A stretch of 64,000 nucleotides of DNA from Methyloceanibacter sp. (GTDB lineage: Bacteria > Pseudomonadota > Alphaproteobacteria > Rhizobiales > Methyloligellaceae), in assembly GCA_036559585.1 (NCBI GenBank), contig DATBSU010000029.1, positions 239 to 64,238 on the forward strand, read 5' to 3'. Below, one piece after another: positions 22,931 through 34,173 of the stretch. The notes under the pieces are model-generated. The model saw only the letters and a list, made by a program, of their open reading frames with translations. It searched no databases and was not told the DNA's origin. Every line of letters starts with the position of its first letter. Positions within the stretch are counted from its first letter, which is position 1. The translations under genes and the position numbers were made by a program.

Positions 22931-23689
22931 CTTCCGCGTGAAGGCGCGGATCAGCGGGAACGACATCACCCGCGGCAGGGAGCGCATGGTCTTCAGGAAA
23001 ATCGAGACCTGCGACGGGAAGGCGATCTCGTAGGGCTTGTTGCCGAGCTTCTCCAGGATCTTCCGCGCGCAGCGCTCCTTGCTCATCACATAGAGCTTCT
23101 TCTTCGGGTCGTATGAGGCGTTGAGCGGCGTATCGACGAATCCCGGATTGATCAGAGTGAGCGCAACCCCGGTCCCCTCAAGCCCGAGTTTCAGGCTTTC
23201 GGCGAGATTGATCACGGCCGCCTTGCTCGCCCCGTAAGAGCCGTTCTCCGGCCAGCCGGCATAGCCGAACAGCGAGCCCATGAGGGCGATTTGGCCTGAT
23301 TTTCGCGCCAACATCGACGGCAGCACCGCCGCGATCCCGTTGATCACGCCATCGACATTGAGTGCCATGGTCTTATGGAAGCCGTCGAGATCGATATTGC
23401 GGAGGTCGAACGGCGCATACATCCCGGCACCGAGCAGCGCGAGGTCGATCGGACCGTTCTCGCGCTCAATCTTGGCGGCACAGGCCTTCAATTCTTCCGG
23501 CTTCAACACATCGACGGGATAGGCCTTGATCTTGTCGCTGCCCGCAGTCAGCGCTCGCAGCTTGTCGACCGAGCGGGCTGTCGCCGCGACCGTCACGCCA
23601 GCGGCCGCCAACCGCTTCGCCACCTCGCCGCAGATCGCGCCGGACGCTCCGGTGATCCAGGCCAGCTTCCAGGGAAAATGAGTAGCCAC
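22919..23689 (-). CDS. SDR family oxidoreductase
   Basis: WITGASGAI, YGASK, INPGFVDT; AGGAGG RBS before GTG 23689. Confidence 0.88.
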   Translation of the reverse strand: MATHFPWKLAWITGASGAICGEVAKRLAAAGVTVAATARSVDKLRALTAGSDKIKAYPVDVLKPEELKACAAKIERENGPIDLALLGAGMYAPFDLRNIDLDGFHKTMALNVDGVINGIAAVLPSMLARKSGQIALMGSLFGYAGWPENGSYGASKAAVINLAESLKLGLEGTGVALTLINPGFVDTPLNASYDPKKKLYVMSKERCARKILEKLGNKPYEIAFPSQVSIFLKTMRSLPRVMSFPLIRAFTRKLGQ

Positions 23690-23712
23690 AACGTATCCTC
23701 CTGCACGGCCAG

Positions 23713-23812
23713 CTCCCCCTCCATCAGGGAGTGGGGTGAGGGGGCACAAGCGAAACTTTGTCAGCCCCCTCATCCGCGCTTCGCGCGACCTCTCCCCGCT
23801 GGGGAGAGGTGA
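23713..23812. repeat. REP/RIME-like palindromic element
   Basis: Stems GTGAGGGGGC/GCCCCCTCAT and ACCTCTCCCC-gct-GGGGAGAGGT with CGCTTCGCG core, typical of rhizobial intergenic repeats. Confidence 0.7.
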
Positions 23813-23833
23813 ACCGAGCCTCTTGCCAACACC

Positions 23834-25126
23834 CTAATCCACAAACGGATCACGCACGAGGATGGTGTCCTCGCGTTTCGGACTGGTCGAGAGCAGCGCC
23901 ACCGGAACCCCGACCAACTCCTCGAGCCTGCGCACATATTTGACGCATTGCGCCGGCAGCTCAGCCCAGCTCCGCGCCCCGCGCGTCGATTTATTCCAAC
24001 CCTTCATCGTCTCGTAGATCGGCTCGACGCGCGCCTGCGCGCCTTGCGCCGCAGGAAGATGGTCGAGCTCCTTGCCGTCGAGTCTGTAGCCCACGCAAAT
24101 CTTGAGCTCGGGCAATTCGTCCAGCACGTCGAGTTTGGTGAGCGCGAGCCCATTGATGCCGGAGACTTTCCGCGTCTGCCGCACTAGGCATGCATCGAAC
24201 CAGCCGCAGCGCCGCGGCCGCCCCGTCACCGTGCCGAACTCCGCTCCCCGCTCGCCGATCAATTTTCCAATCTCGTCTTTCAGCTCGGTCGGGAACGGCC
24301 CCTCGCCCACCCGCGTCGTATAGGCCTTGGTGATGCCGAGGACATAGCCGATTGCGCCGGGTCCCACGCCGGAGCCGGTCGCGGCTTGCGCCGCCACCGT
24401 GTTGGACGAGGTGACGAACGGATAGGTGCCGTGGTCGATATCGAGCAGCGCGCCTTGCGCGCCCTCGAACAAGATGCGCTTGCCCTGGCGACGCTTCACG
24501 TCGAGCAGCGCCCACACCGTATCGACGAAGGGAAGCACTCTCGGCGCGATCTCCCGGAGTTGCGCGCAGAGCTCATCGGCGCCGATCTCGGGCTGGCCCA
24601 GTCCCCGGCGCAGCGGATTGTGATGCGCGAGCACGCGTTCGATTTTCGGCTTGAGACTTGGCAGATCTTGGAGATCCATCACCCGGATCGCGCGCCTGCC
24701 GACTTTGTCTTCATAAGCCGGCCCGATGCCGCGCTTTGTCGTGCCGATCTTGCCGTCGCCCGCTTGCGCTTCCCGCAATGCATCGAGCTCACGGTGCAGC
24801 GGCAGGATCAATGTCGCGTTCTCGGCGACGCGGAGATTGTCGCGGCTGATGCTGACGCCGAGTTTCTCGATCTTGGCGATCTCCTCGGCGAACGCCCACG
24901 GGTCAAGCACCACGCCGTTGCCGATCACCGAGAGCTTGCCCTTGCGCACCACGCCGGATGGCAGCAGCGAAAGTTTGTAGGTGACGCCGTCGACCACCAG
25001 CGTGTGGCCGGCATTGTGGCCGCCCTGGAAGCGCACCACGATATCGGCGCGCTCCGACAGCCAGTCCACGATCTTGCCCTTGCCCTCGTCTCCCCATTGG
25101 GAGCCGACGACCACGACATTGGCCAC
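23834..25126 (-). CDS. purA: Adenylosuccinate synthetase
   Basis: [34 protein letters not shown]. Confidence 0.99.
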   Translation of the reverse strand: MANVVVVGSQWGDEGKGKIVDWLSERADIVVRFQGGHNAGHTLVVDGVTYKLSLLPSGVVRKGKLSVIGNGVVLDPWAFAEEIAKIEKLGVSISRDNLRVAENATLILPLHRELDALREAQAGDGKIGTTKRGIGPAYEDKVGRRAIRVMDLQDLPSLKPKIERVLAHHNPLRRGLGQPEIGADELCAQLREIAPRVLPFVDTVWALLDVKRRQGKRILFEGAQGALLDIDHGTYPFVTSSNTVAAQAATGSGVGPGAIGYVLGITKAYTTRVGEGPFPTELKDEIGKLIGERGAEFGTVTGRPRRCGWFDACLVRQTRKVSGINGLALTKLDVLDELPELKICVGYRLDGKELDHLPAAQGAQARVEPIYETMKGWNKSTRGARSWAELPAQCVKYVRRLEELVGVPVALLSTSPKREDTILVRDPFVD

Positions 25127-25403
25127 TTCAATTATCCTCTAATGCGTTGAAAACACACACGAACGGCCCCGCTTCGGGCGGGGCCGTGAGAACTTATAGC
25201 GCGGGTCTCGCGCCGATGCGAGGGCTCACTTCCACACCTTTCCTGCAAGTCCTCTGCGGCATTTGGCGCTCGCGTCAAATCGCGGCGCGACATCTTCATC
25301 CTGCGGCATCGCGAAGTGGCAACCTAATCGAGGGATAGGTGTTTGCTTGTTCCAGGCATCACGACGCGTGATCGCCTCATTAACCTAAGCTAGGAGGCCC
25401 CAC

Positions 25404-25622
25404 ATGCTTAGACACCTGACCACGACTCTCGCAGCCGCAGCGTCACTAACGCTTGCTGCCGCAAGCCTCACGCCGGCTCTGGCCAATTATGGCCATTGCG
25501 ACGAGCAGCCCTCCATGCCGGATTGCCGCGACTACGGTGTCCCCGGCCAGAGCGGCGCGACACAGGGCTACAGCAATCAGCGGCACAGCTACCAAGCCCC
25601 GCACCTGCAGAATAGAGGCTAA
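25404..25622 (+). CDS. Small secreted hypothetical protein (72 aa)
   Basis: AGGAGG RBS; signal peptide ending PALA; Cys pair; followed by hairpin. Confidence 0.65.
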   Translation: MLRHLTTTLAAAASLTLAAASLTPALANYGHCDEQPSMPDCRDYGVPGQSGATQGYSNQRHSYQAPHLQNRG

Positions 25623-25630
25623 GATTTCAG

Positions 25631-25661
25631 GCGCCCTTCCCTCCTCGCGAGGGAGGGGCGC
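25631..25661. terminator. Hairpin between convergent genes
   Basis: GCGCCCTTCCCTC-ctcgc-GAGGGAGGGGCGC. Confidence 0.6.
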
Positions 25662-25670
25662 TTCGTTTGT

Positions 25671-26846
25671 CTAAGCCGCTTTGGCGATGCTCTGCTTCGC
25701 TTCGGCGAAGGCCCAATCGAGCCACGGCATCAGCGCTTCGAGATCGCTGCGCTCCACCGTGGCGCCGGTCCAGATGCGTAGCCCCGGCGGAGCATCGCGA
25801 TAAAACGCGATGTCCTTGGCCGCATCTTCTTCATCGAGCAGGCGAGCAATCCGCTTCGGCAATTCGATCTGCAAGTCCGGCGGCAGTTTCAGCACGTCCT
25901 TGTCCACGATCTTGAGGCAGACCGACGTGTTAGAGCGGGTGTTGGGCACGCGCGCCACGAAATCGACCCAGGACGTCTTCGCAACCCATTCCGAGATGAC
26001 TTCTGCATTGGCGTCGGAGCGCGCGATCGTTCCCTTCACACCGCCGACGCTCTCCACCCAGTTAAGCGCATCGAGATAATCCTGTACCAGGAGCATCGAC
26101 GGCGTGTTGATAGTCGAGCCCTCGAACAGCCCCTCCTTCACCTTTCCACCTTTGGTCATGCGGAACAGCTTGGGCAGTGGCCAGGGCGGTGTATAGCTCT
26201 CGAGTCGCGCGATCGCGCGGGGAGAGAGGATCAGCATGCCGTGCTGCGCCTCTCCGCCCAGAACTTTTTGCCACGAGAAGGTCGTGGCATCGAGCTTCGT
26301 CCAGTCGAGCTCTTGCGCGAAGACGGCGGATGTCCCGTCACAGATCGTGAGCCCTTGGCGATTGGCGTCAATCCAATCCGCGTTCGGCACCCGCACGCCA
26401 GACGTAGTGCCGTTCCAGGCGAACACGACGTCGCGGTTGCAATCGACTTTGGAAAGATCGGGAAGCTCGCCGTAAGGCGCGACAAAGGCGCGTACGTCGC
26501 CAAGCTTGAGCTGCTGCTTGATGTCGGTGACCCAGTCCTGGCTGAACGCATCCCAAGCCAGCACATCGACGCCGCGCTCACCGAGCAGCGACCACAGCGC
26601 CATTTCCACGGCGCCGGTATCGGACGCCGGCACCAGTGCAATGCGATAGCCGGCCGGCAGTTGCAGCAGCTCCCGCGTCTTTGTCAGGGCCAGCTCCAGC
26701 CGCGCCTTGGTGACGGGCTGGCGATGATTGCGCCCGAGCAGCGCGCCCTTCAACACATCGACCGACCAGCCCGGTCGCTTGGTGCAAGGTCCTGACGAAA
26801 ATCGTGGGTTGGCGGGACGCCTTGTCGGCTTCGGTACACTGGTCAC
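25671..26846 (-). CDS. serC: Phosphoserine aminotransferase (alphaproteobacterial type)
   Basis: [47 protein letters not shown]. Confidence 0.96.
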   Translation of the reverse strand: MTSVPKPTRRPANPRFSSGPCTKRPGWSVDVLKGALLGRNHRQPVTKARLELALTKTRELLQLPAGYRIALVPASDTGAVEMALWSLLGERGVDVLAWDAFSQDWVTDIKQQLKLGDVRAFVAPYGELPDLSKVDCNRDVVFAWNGTTSGVRVPNADWIDANRQGLTICDGTSAVFAQELDWTKLDATTFSWQKVLGGEAQHGMLILSPRAIARLESYTPPWPLPKLFRMTKGGKVKEGLFEGSTINTPSMLLVQDYLDALNWVESVGGVKGTIARSDANAEVISEWVAKTSWVDFVARVPNTRSNTSVCLKIVDKDVLKLPPDLQIELPKRIARLLDEEDAAKDIAFYRDAPPGLRIWTGATVERSDLEALMPWLDWAFAEAKQSIAKAA

Positions 26847-26918
26847 GCGCGGTCCTCTGGCTCCCCTTCATATGGAGAAGGCCTTACAGTCGCGCTAAGG
26901 AAACGGTCAAGGGCGCAT

Positions 26919-26950
26919 AAAAAAACCGCCCGTCGAAGCAACGGGCGGTC
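26919..26950 (-). terminator. Rho-independent terminator of the OMP pseudogene
   Basis: Minus strand ACCGCCCGT-tgcttcg-ACGGGCGG followed by a T7 run. Confidence 0.8.
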
Positions 26951-26986
26951 GAGTTGGTCGGTTGGGGTAGGAACGTTAGTTGCAAA

Positions 26987-27599
26987 CTACTTGAACGAAA
27001 CCGGCATCGGCGCATCGCCGCCGCAGCAGCCGAATTTGTAGCGCGCCGACAGCATGACGTCGTGTGAGGTGATGTCGTTGAACTCCAGCCCCGGCGCCAC
27101 ACCGCTATTGTCATAAGCGTGGATGGTGCCGCTCTGCGCATCGCCGATATCGAGATAGCGATAGGCGCGCAAAGCTGCCGTCCGAATGCGTATTGGCGAA
27201 GGCAACACCGGCGTTCGGTACGTTGATGTCGGTATAGTCGCCGATCCAATTCTTGGCGTAGCCGACGCCACCGCCGACGTAAGGCGTGATGCCCTGCCAG
27301 CAGCCGATATACCAGTAGAAATTGGCCAAGCTCACCCAGGATTTCAGGGTCGCGGTGAGCCAGTCGTTGAACTTGTAGCCGAGGCCGAGACCCGCAAACC
27401 CGGAGCCTTCAAAGCCAGTATCGAAGATGGTGAAATCCGCGGTGTCGAATAAAGGCGTGTCGATCGAGTCGACGTCGTAGCCGGTGATGCCGAGGAAGCC
27501 CTTGAGGTACCAGTCACTGGCGGGTTCCGGAGGCAGCGGTGGCGGCAACGGAAGGCCGAGATCTGCAGCATAAGCGCCAGCGGTCTGAACTGCCGCCAG
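26987..27599 (-). pseudogene. Outer-membrane beta-barrel (Omp25/RopB-like porin family) pseudogene
   Basis: AYAADL, WYLKG, GLGYKFNDWL and TPYVGGGVG in one frame; YRYLDIG...SHDVMLSARYKF in another; no start codon (in-frame TAA just upstream). Confidence 0.85.
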
Positions 27600-27722
27600 A
27601 TGGGCGGGGAATGGTTAATGGACCGCTAAAAGCCGTGCTGGAGGGGAACAGCGAGACCTGGCTCGCCAGACCGGGGCTGCAAATGACCGGAAAAGTGGAT
27701 AATTTTGCCGAACCGGCGGGGT

Positions 27723-29069
27723 CTACGCCGCCGCGTCTTTCAGCGCGTGCACGATGTCGGAGACGACGGTGTTAACGAGCTTCTCGTCGTCGCCTTCCGC
27801 CATCACCCGAATCACGGGCTCCGTGCCCGAAGGCCGGATCACGAGCCGCCCGGCCTTGCCGAGCTTCGACTTGCCGCTATCGATGGCCCGCCTGACCGCG
27901 ACATTGTCGAGTGGCTGGCCGCTCTTGTAGCGGACGTTCTTCAAGACTTGCGGCAGCGGCTCGAACCTGTTGCAGACCTCGCTCACCGGCTTGCCGCTTT
28001 GCGCCACCACGGCCAGGATTTGCAAGGCCGTCACCAGCCCGTCGCCGGTCGTGGAGAAATCCGACAGCACGATATGGCCGGATTGCTCGCCGCCGACATT
28101 GTAGCCGTGACGAAGCATGTGCTCGACCACGTAGCGGTCGCCGACCGGGGTCCGCGCCAAACCGAGATCGAGATTTTCGAGATAGCGCTCGAGCCCGAGA
28201 TTGGACATCACCGTGGCGACGATGCCGCCGCCCGCGAGCCGCCCCCGCTTTAGCCAGGACTCCGCGATCACCGCCATCAGCTGATCGCCGTCGATGATGC
28301 GGCCCTTCTCGTCGACGATCACGACGCGGTCCGCGTCGCCGTCGAGCGCAATGCCGATATCGGCACGCACCTCGCCGACCTTGCGGATGAGATCCTCAAG
28401 AGAGGTCGACCCGCAGTCGCGATTGATGTTCAGACCGTTCGGATCGACGCCGATTTTGACCACATCGGCGCCGAGCTCCCACAGCGCCTCCGGCGCCACC
28501 TTGTAGCCCGCGCCATTGGCGCAATCGATCACGCACCTTATGCCGTCGAAGCGCAAATTCTTCGGCAGCGTCCGCTTGGCGAATTCGATATAGCGCTCGC
28601 GTGCGCTGTCGATCCGCGTGGCGCGGCCTATTGTCTCCGGCACCGCCAAATGTTCGTCCATGTCCGCGCCCATCAACGCCTCGATCTCGGCTTCCTTCTC
28701 GTCGGAGAGCTTGTAGCCGTCGGGTCCGAACAGCTTGATGCCGTTATCGGCGAACGGATTGTGCGAGGCGGAGATCATCACGCCGAGATCGGCGCGGAGC
28801 GAGCGCGTCAGCATCGCGACGGCGGGCGTGGGCATCGGTCCGAGCAGAAACACGTCCATGCCGACCGCGGTAAAGCCGGACAGCAACGCAGATTCGATCA
28901 TATAGCCGGAGAGCCTCGTATCCTTGCCGATCACCACGCGATGCCGGTAGGAGCCGTTGCTGAACAGCGTGCCTGCGGCCATGCCGACCTTCATCGCCAC
29001 TTCCGAGGTCATCGGATAGGTGTTGGCGCTGCCACGGATGCCATCCGTGCCAAAAAACTTTCGGGTCAT
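27723..29069 (-). CDS. glmM: Phosphoglucosamine mutase
   Basis: [35 protein letters not shown]; alternative start 29138. Confidence 0.98.
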   Translation of the reverse strand: MTRKFFGTDGIRGSANTYPMTSEVAMKVGMAAGTLFSNGSYRHRVVIGKDTRLSGYMIESALLSGFTAVGMDVFLLGPMPTPAVAMLTRSLRADLGVMISASHNPFADNGIKLFGPDGYKLSDEKEAEIEALMGADMDEHLAVPETIGRATRIDSARERYIEFAKRTLPKNLRFDGIRCVIDCANGAGYKVAPEALWELGADVVKIGVDPNGLNINRDCGSTSLEDLIRKVGEVRADIGIALDGDADRVVIVDEKGRIIDGDQLMAVIAESWLKRGRLAGGGIVATVMSNLGLERYLENLDLGLARTPVGDRYVVEHMLRHGYNVGGEQSGHIVLSDFSTTGDGLVTALQILAVVAQSGKPVSEVCNRFEPLPQVLKNVRYKSGQPLDNVAVRRAIDSGKSKLGKAGRLVIRPSGTEPVIRVMAEGDDEKLVNTVVSDIVHALKDAAA

Positions 29070-29208
29070 CTCTTCTGAGCCCCCCTTTGATCTTGAGCCG
29101 GCCCTGCGGGCGGCCCGATCGGGCTTTTTGTCGCTCATGATTATGCGCCTAACTGGTTGAGGCTAGGTTCAAAAAATGTAAGCAAAAGTTACATGGAAAC
29201 CCAGCATT

Positions 29209-30273
29209 TCAGCCCTTTTCGGGCTCACCGCTCACGGCCAGCCGCCACACTTCGAGCGCTTGGGCGGTTCCTGCCACGTCGTGGACCCTGAGCATTTGGG
29301 CCCCCTGGCTCGCCGCCGCAATGGCTGCGGCGTGGGAACCCGGCTCCCTTAAGCGGGGCTCGTTCTTCTGGCTCACCTCTCCGATGAAGCGCTTGCGCGA
29401 GGCGCCGACCAAAATCGACACGCCAAGACCATGGAACAAGGTGAGATTGGCCATCAACGCGAGATTATGCGCGATGGTCTTGCCGAAGCCGATGCCCGGA
29501 TCGACCGCGATCTTTTCTGGGCCGATACCTGCGTTAGCCACTGCCGCCACGCGCTCCTCGAGATAGTCATAAACTTCGAGCACCACGTCGTCATAGCGGG
29601 GGTCGTCTTGCATGGTCTTCGGCTCGCCCTTGGCATGCATCAGCACCACATCCATGCCGGTCTCAACTGCCACCTTCAAACTGTCCGCATCGTAGGTCAG
29701 CGCCGACACATCGTTGAAGATCGTGGCGCCGGCTTTGGCCGCGGCCCGCGCCACTTTTGCCTTCCGCGTATCGATCGAGATCACGGCGCCGAAGCCATTG
29801 AGACCTTCGATGACGGGAATGACGCGCGACAGCTCTTCCTCGTCCTCGACCCCATCGGACCCCGGCCTTGTTGACTCCCCGCCAATATCGACGATGGAAG
29901 CGCCGGCGCCCGCGAGCGTGGCGGCGTGGGAGATGGCCTCTTCCTTGGTGTCGTACAGCCCGCCGTCGGAGAACGAATCCGGCGTGACATTGACGATGCC
30001 CATGAGCAACGGCTGATCCAGATTCAGACCGGCGAAGGGCGGACGTTTCGCGGTGACGCGTTCGACCAATGATTTGAGATCGGTGTCGCGCAACTCAGAG
30101 AGCTCGCTCGCCGGTACAAGACGCCGCTTCGCCTTGCGCAGCGTTCCCTCGATCAACTCCGCCGCCGTGAACGCGATCAGCCCGCCGGCGAGAGGTAACG
30201 CCAAGCCCTCGGCAATGGCGGCCGAGGCGGTAGCGCCGTAGAGCAATCCTATGGGTCTGAGGTAAGCCTTCAC
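29209..30273 (-). CDS. folP: Dihydropteroate synthase
   Basis: MGIVNVTPDSFSDGG, DIGGESTRPG, DPGIGFGK, SRK, RVHDV. Confidence 0.97.
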   Translation of the reverse strand: MKAYLRPIGLLYGATASAAIAEGLALPLAGGLIAFTAAELIEGTLRKAKRRLVPASELSELRDTDLKSLVERVTAKRPPFAGLNLDQPLLMGIVNVTPDSFSDGGLYDTKEEAISHAATLAGAGASIVDIGGESTRPGSDGVEDEEELSRVIPVIEGLNGFGAVISIDTRKAKVARAAAKAGATIFNDVSALTYDADSLKVAVETGMDVVLMHAKGEPKTMQDDPRYDDVVLEVYDYLEERVAAVANAGIGPEKIAVDPGIGFGKTIAHNLALMANLTLFHGLGVSILVGASRKRFIGEVSQKNEPRLREPGSHAAAIAAASQGAQMLRVHDVAGTAQALEVWRLAVSGEPEKG

Positions 30274-30389
30274 GCCTGCTCATTACGGCGCTTGGGCAAG
30301 TGGGGCAACCGATGAATGCCGCAGCCGACGCCCATGGATCGGGAAAGTGTTAGCGGGCAGGTCGCCGTTGCCCAATCCGTTTTTGGTTT

Positions 30390-30542
30390 TTAGGTATTGG
30401 CCTCAGAATCGACGGGCCTACGCAGCCTCTTTTTTGGTTTCTTTGGCTTCTCGATCTTCGATTCCTCAAGCGGCTTGTGAGGCGTGGACAAGGGCTCCTT
30501 GGTCAGCTCGTTCTCGGCTTTCGATTTGCGGGACTTAGCCAT
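30390..30542 (-). CDS. Small Lys-rich hypothetical protein (50 aa)
   Basis: AGGA upstream; MAKSRKSKAENELTKEPLSTPHKPLEESKIEKPKKPKKRLRRPVDSEANT. Confidence 0.4.
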   Translation of the reverse strand: MAKSRKSKAENELTKEPLSTPHKPLEESKIEKPKKPKKRLRRPVDSEANT

Positions 30543-30745
30543 GCTTCATCCTAAGCTTGGTACAACGCTCGACAGGCACCCCGTGCAAGGCGGGCCCGGT
30601 TGTCGCCGAGTATCGGCTTCTGGAACGGCTACTATATTCCATATATGCCGCGCTCGTCGTGCAGAGCCTTTGGCCAGTCTTCTCACGATGGCAAAATGCC
30701 CGGCGCGGGACCGGGCATGATGACAAAGTCTTGAGTGACTAGCCC

Positions 30746-32683
30746 TTAAGTCGAAGGCTCGGGCGCCAAGCCGCCGGTGTCGGGCTCCGGGTCCGGCGCC
30801 TTCTTGCCGCGGCCGGCCGTGGGCACGGCAGAGGCTGGCGTCGTCCGCGCCGGAGGCTCGACCGGAAATTCTCGCACCGGCGGCCGCCCGCGCAAGAGAT
30901 CCTTGATCTCCTCGCCGGACAGCGTCTCATATTCCAGCAGTCCCCGCGCGATCGTGTGCAGATCGTCGAGATTCTCCTGGATGATCTTCTTCGCGCTCTC
31001 GAAGCCCTCATCGACCAGGCGATGGATTTCCTCGTCGACCACGGTCTGGGTCTCGTCGGAGAGGTTCTGCGTCCGTGCGATCGAATGGCCGAGGAACACT
31101 TCTTCCTCATTGTCGCCATAGGCGAGCGGCCCGAGCTTGTCGGACATGCCATATTGCGTGACCATGGCGCGCGCAAGCAACGTCGCCATTTTGATGTCGG
31201 ACGACGCGCCGGATGTGACCTTGTCGTAGCCGAACACGATCTCTTCGGCGACACGTCCGCCCATAGCGACCGTGATATCGGCCTTCAGTCTCGCGCGCGT
31301 ATAGGACAGCAGATCGCGCTCAGGGAGTCGCATCACCATGCCGAGCGCGCGTCCGCGCGGAATGATCGTTGCCTTATGCACCGGGTCTGACGCCGTCATA
31401 TGCATTGCGACCAGTGCGTGGCCGCCTTCGTGATAGGCGGTCAGCGTCTTTTCCTCCTCGGTCATCACCATGGAGCGGCGCTCGGCGCCCATCATCACTT
31501 TGTCCTTGGCGTCCTCGAATTCGAGCTGCGTCACGACGCGCTTGGAACGGCGCGCGGCGAGCAGTGCCGCCTCGTTGACCAGATTGGCGAGATCAGCGCC
31601 GGAGAATCCCGGCGTGCCGCGCGCGATGACGCGCAAATCCACATCCGGAGCAAGCGGGACTTTTCGCACATGAACCTTGAGGATCTTCTCGCGGCCGATA
31701 ATGTCGGGACGCGGCACCACGACCTGCCGGTCGAAGCGACCGGGCCGGAGCAGCGCCGGGTCAAGCACATCGGGACGGTTGGTCGCGGCAATCAGAATGA
31801 TGCCTTCATTGGCCTCGAAGCCATCCATCTCGACCAGCAACTGGTTCAGCGTCTGCTCGCGCTCGTCATTACCGCCGCCAAGGCCTGCGCCACGATGGCG
31901 GCCAACGGCATCGATTTCATCGATGAAGATAATGCAGGGCGCGTTCTTCTTCGCTTGCTCGAACATGTCGCGCACGCGGCTTGCACCCACGCCGACGAAC
32001 ATCTCGACGAAGTCCGAGCCGGAAATGGTGAAGAACGGCACATTGGCCTCGCCGGCGATGGCACGCGCGAGCAACGTCTTGCCGGTGCCGGGAGGCCCGA
32101 CCAGCAACGCGCCGCGCGGAATCCGCCCGCCGAGCTTTTGAAATTTCTGGGGATCGCGCAGGAACTCGACGATCTCCTCGAGATCCTCCTTAGCCTCCTC
32201 GACGCCGGCGACATCGTCGAAGGTGACGCGTCCATGGCGTTCGGTCAACAGCTTCGCCTTGGACTTTCCGAAGCCCAAGGCACGGCCGCCGCCCGACTGC
32301 ATTTGCCGCATGAAGAAAATCCACACAGCGACCAACAGCAGCATGGGGAACCAGGAGACCAGCACGCCGAGCAGCGACGGCACCTCTTCCTCGGAGGGCT
32401 TCGCGGTGATCTTCACGCCCTTCCGGTTAAGCCTATCAACCAGGCCCGGATCCTCGGGCGCATAGGTCTGAAACGTGGTGCCATCGGTATGATGGCCGGT
32501 GATCTCGCTTCCGGCGATGGTCACATCTTGGACGTTGCCAGCCTCGACGTCGGTCAAGAGCTGCGAGAAGCTGATCTCGTTGCCGCGAACACGGACGCTG
32601 GGATTCTGAAACAGATTGAACAGCGCAAGCAGCAGCAGAAGGATGAAGACCCAGATGGCGAAGTTGCGGAAATTCGAATTCAT
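30746..32683 (-). CDS. ftsH: ATP-dependent zinc metalloprotease FtsH
   Basis: 2 [19 protein letters not shown] motif, HEGGH. Confidence 0.99.
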   Translation of the reverse strand: MNSNFRNFAIWVFILLLLLALFNLFQNPSVRVRGNEISFSQLLTDVEAGNVQDVTIAGSEITGHHTDGTTFQTYAPEDPGLVDRLNRKGVKITAKPSEEEVPSLLGVLVSWFPMLLLVAVWIFFMRQMQSGGGRALGFGKSKAKLLTERHGRVTFDDVAGVEEAKEDLEEIVEFLRDPQKFQKLGGRIPRGALLVGPPGTGKTLLARAIAGEANVPFFTISGSDFVEMFVGVGASRVRDMFEQAKKNAPCIIFIDEIDAVGRHRGAGLGGGNDEREQTLNQLLVEMDGFEANEGIILIAATNRPDVLDPALLRPGRFDRQVVVPRPDIIGREKILKVHVRKVPLAPDVDLRVIARGTPGFSGADLANLVNEAALLAARRSKRVVTQLEFEDAKDKVMMGAERRSMVMTEEEKTLTAYHEGGHALVAMHMTASDPVHKATIIPRGRALGMVMRLPERDLLSYTRARLKADITVAMGGRVAEEIVFGYDKVTSGASSDIKMATLLARAMVTQYGMSDKLGPLAYGDNEEEVFLGHSIARTQNLSDETQTVVDEEIHRLVDEGFESAKKIIQENLDDLHTIARGLLEYETLSGEEIKDLLRGRPPVREFPVEPPARTTPASAVPTAGRGKKAPDPEPDTGGLAPEPST

Positions 32684-32864
32684 TAAGCGATCCTGACTGA
32701 TGCAACGACGCAAGACCATGCGCCTTTCGCCTCACCCCTGTCCCAAGCCTCCAAGTCCCAAGGCCACAGCCACGGTAAGACCTGTTAACATAGGAACGTG
32801 GCGCCATTTTGCCAAGTAAAGCTAGCCCAAAGAAGTGCATGCACCTTTAAGAGCAGCGGCCAAT

Positions 32865-34172
32865 TCAGGCGATATTTCGACCGGTTCGGTGCGCGTGGAG
32901 GAAGCAAGCGCTGAAGCCGTAAGCATCTTCGAACCCGTTGATGGGTAATACCATGGGAACGGCGAGGAGTTCCCCCTCGTGCCAGCACGCAGGGAGCGCA
33001 ACGCATGCCGGCCGCGGCAGGCTTTCGAGCCAGGGGAACTCGGCGCGCTTTTTCTTGGAAAGACCCTCACCGAGCGCCTTCACCGTAACGGGACCCGGCG
33101 CCTCTGTAGCGAGGGCCACATGAAAGCGATTGTCCCACAGCGCCCGGCCTCCGGGGGCAAGCGAAAGGATCGGCATGCTGCCGCGCCTTGCCTCACGAAA
33201 GACCCCGAGCCCTTGCTGCAGCAGCTGCAGCCGGCAACCGCCCAAAGTCTGTGACGTGGCGGACCGCTCATTGATGTCAGCAAGCAGCGATTCCAGTTTG
33301 GCAAGGTTCAATGTCGTGTTCCGCGCGCCAACAATTTCGATGACGCTGCCGAGCGCGCGGAGCGCAATCTCTTCCGGGCCTGCAAGCAACGCCTCGATGT
33401 CGAGCGTGCAATAGCCGGCGTCACTCGTCAGGCAATGACTCGCGAGAAAATCTTGCGTCGCGCGATCGAGGACTTCGCGTGCGCGCGCCAGACGCCGCGC
33501 CGAGCGTGCCAGCGCCTCCGCGGTCAGTCCGAGAGCATCCATCGCCTCGCGCGCGGCCCTGATCCGCGCTCGCTCGTATCGCGTGTCGCGATTGGTTGGA
33601 TCTTCGACCCAGTCAATGCCGGCAGCACGAAGTGTCGCGACGAGGCGCGCCTTCGGCACAGCGAGGAGAGGACGAAGAATGACGAGACCCGCCCAATGGC
33701 TCTTCTCTGGGATTGCGGCCAGACCGTCGAGCCCGCTGCCGCGCGCCAGCCGCATCAAAATCGTCTCAGCCTGATCTTCGAGCTGATGCGCCGTCACCAA
33801 CACCGGAATGTCGTGCACGTGGCAATACTCCGCCATCAAACGATAGCGCGCGTTCCGCGCAGCCTCCTGCAATCCGGTTTTGGGATATTCGGCCGGACGC
33901 CAATCGAGAATGGCGTGGCCGAAGTCAAATTGCGCAGCAAGCGCGCCGACCATCTCCGCCTCGTCGCGCGAAGTGGCGCGGAGTCCGTGATCGACCGTCA
34001 GCACAATGATATCGGCTCGAAGGGCGGCGGCATCGCGGAGGCGATTTGCAAGGTGGAGCAGCGCGAGACTGTCGGGACCTCCCGACACGGCAAGCGCGAC
34101 ACGCGGATAATCGCTCAGGGGCTGAAGCAGTGCCCTCGCCTCTTCCATCGACAATGGCGATGCGTTTCCCAT
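32865..34172 (-). CDS. tilS: tRNA(Ile)-lysidine synthetase
   Basis: AVSGGPDS, VDHGLR, AHQLEDQAET, EDPTN; upstream of ftsH. Confidence 0.96.
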   Translation of the reverse strand: MGNASPLSMEEARALLQPLSDYPRVALAVSGGPDSLALLHLANRLRDAAALRADIIVLTVDHGLRATSRDEAEMVGALAAQFDFGHAILDWRPAEYPKTGLQEAARNARYRLMAEYCHVHDIPVLVTAHQLEDQAETILMRLARGSGLDGLAAIPEKSHWAGLVILRPLLAVPKARLVATLRAAGIDWVEDPTNRDTRYERARIRAAREAMDALGLTAEALARSARRLARAREVLDRATQDFLASHCLTSDAGYCTLDIEALLAGPEEIALRALGSVIEIVGARNTTLNLAKLESLLADINERSATSQTLGGCRLQLLQQGLGVFREARRGSMPILSLAPGGRALWDNRFHVALATEAPGPVTVKALGEGLSKKKRAEFPWLESLPRPACVALPACWHEGELLAVPMVLPINGFEDAYGFSACFLHAHRTGRNIA

Positions 34173-34173
34173 C

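Noticed and set aside
31400-32686. 428-aa plus-strand ORF
   Set aside because: Antisense shadow of ftsH.
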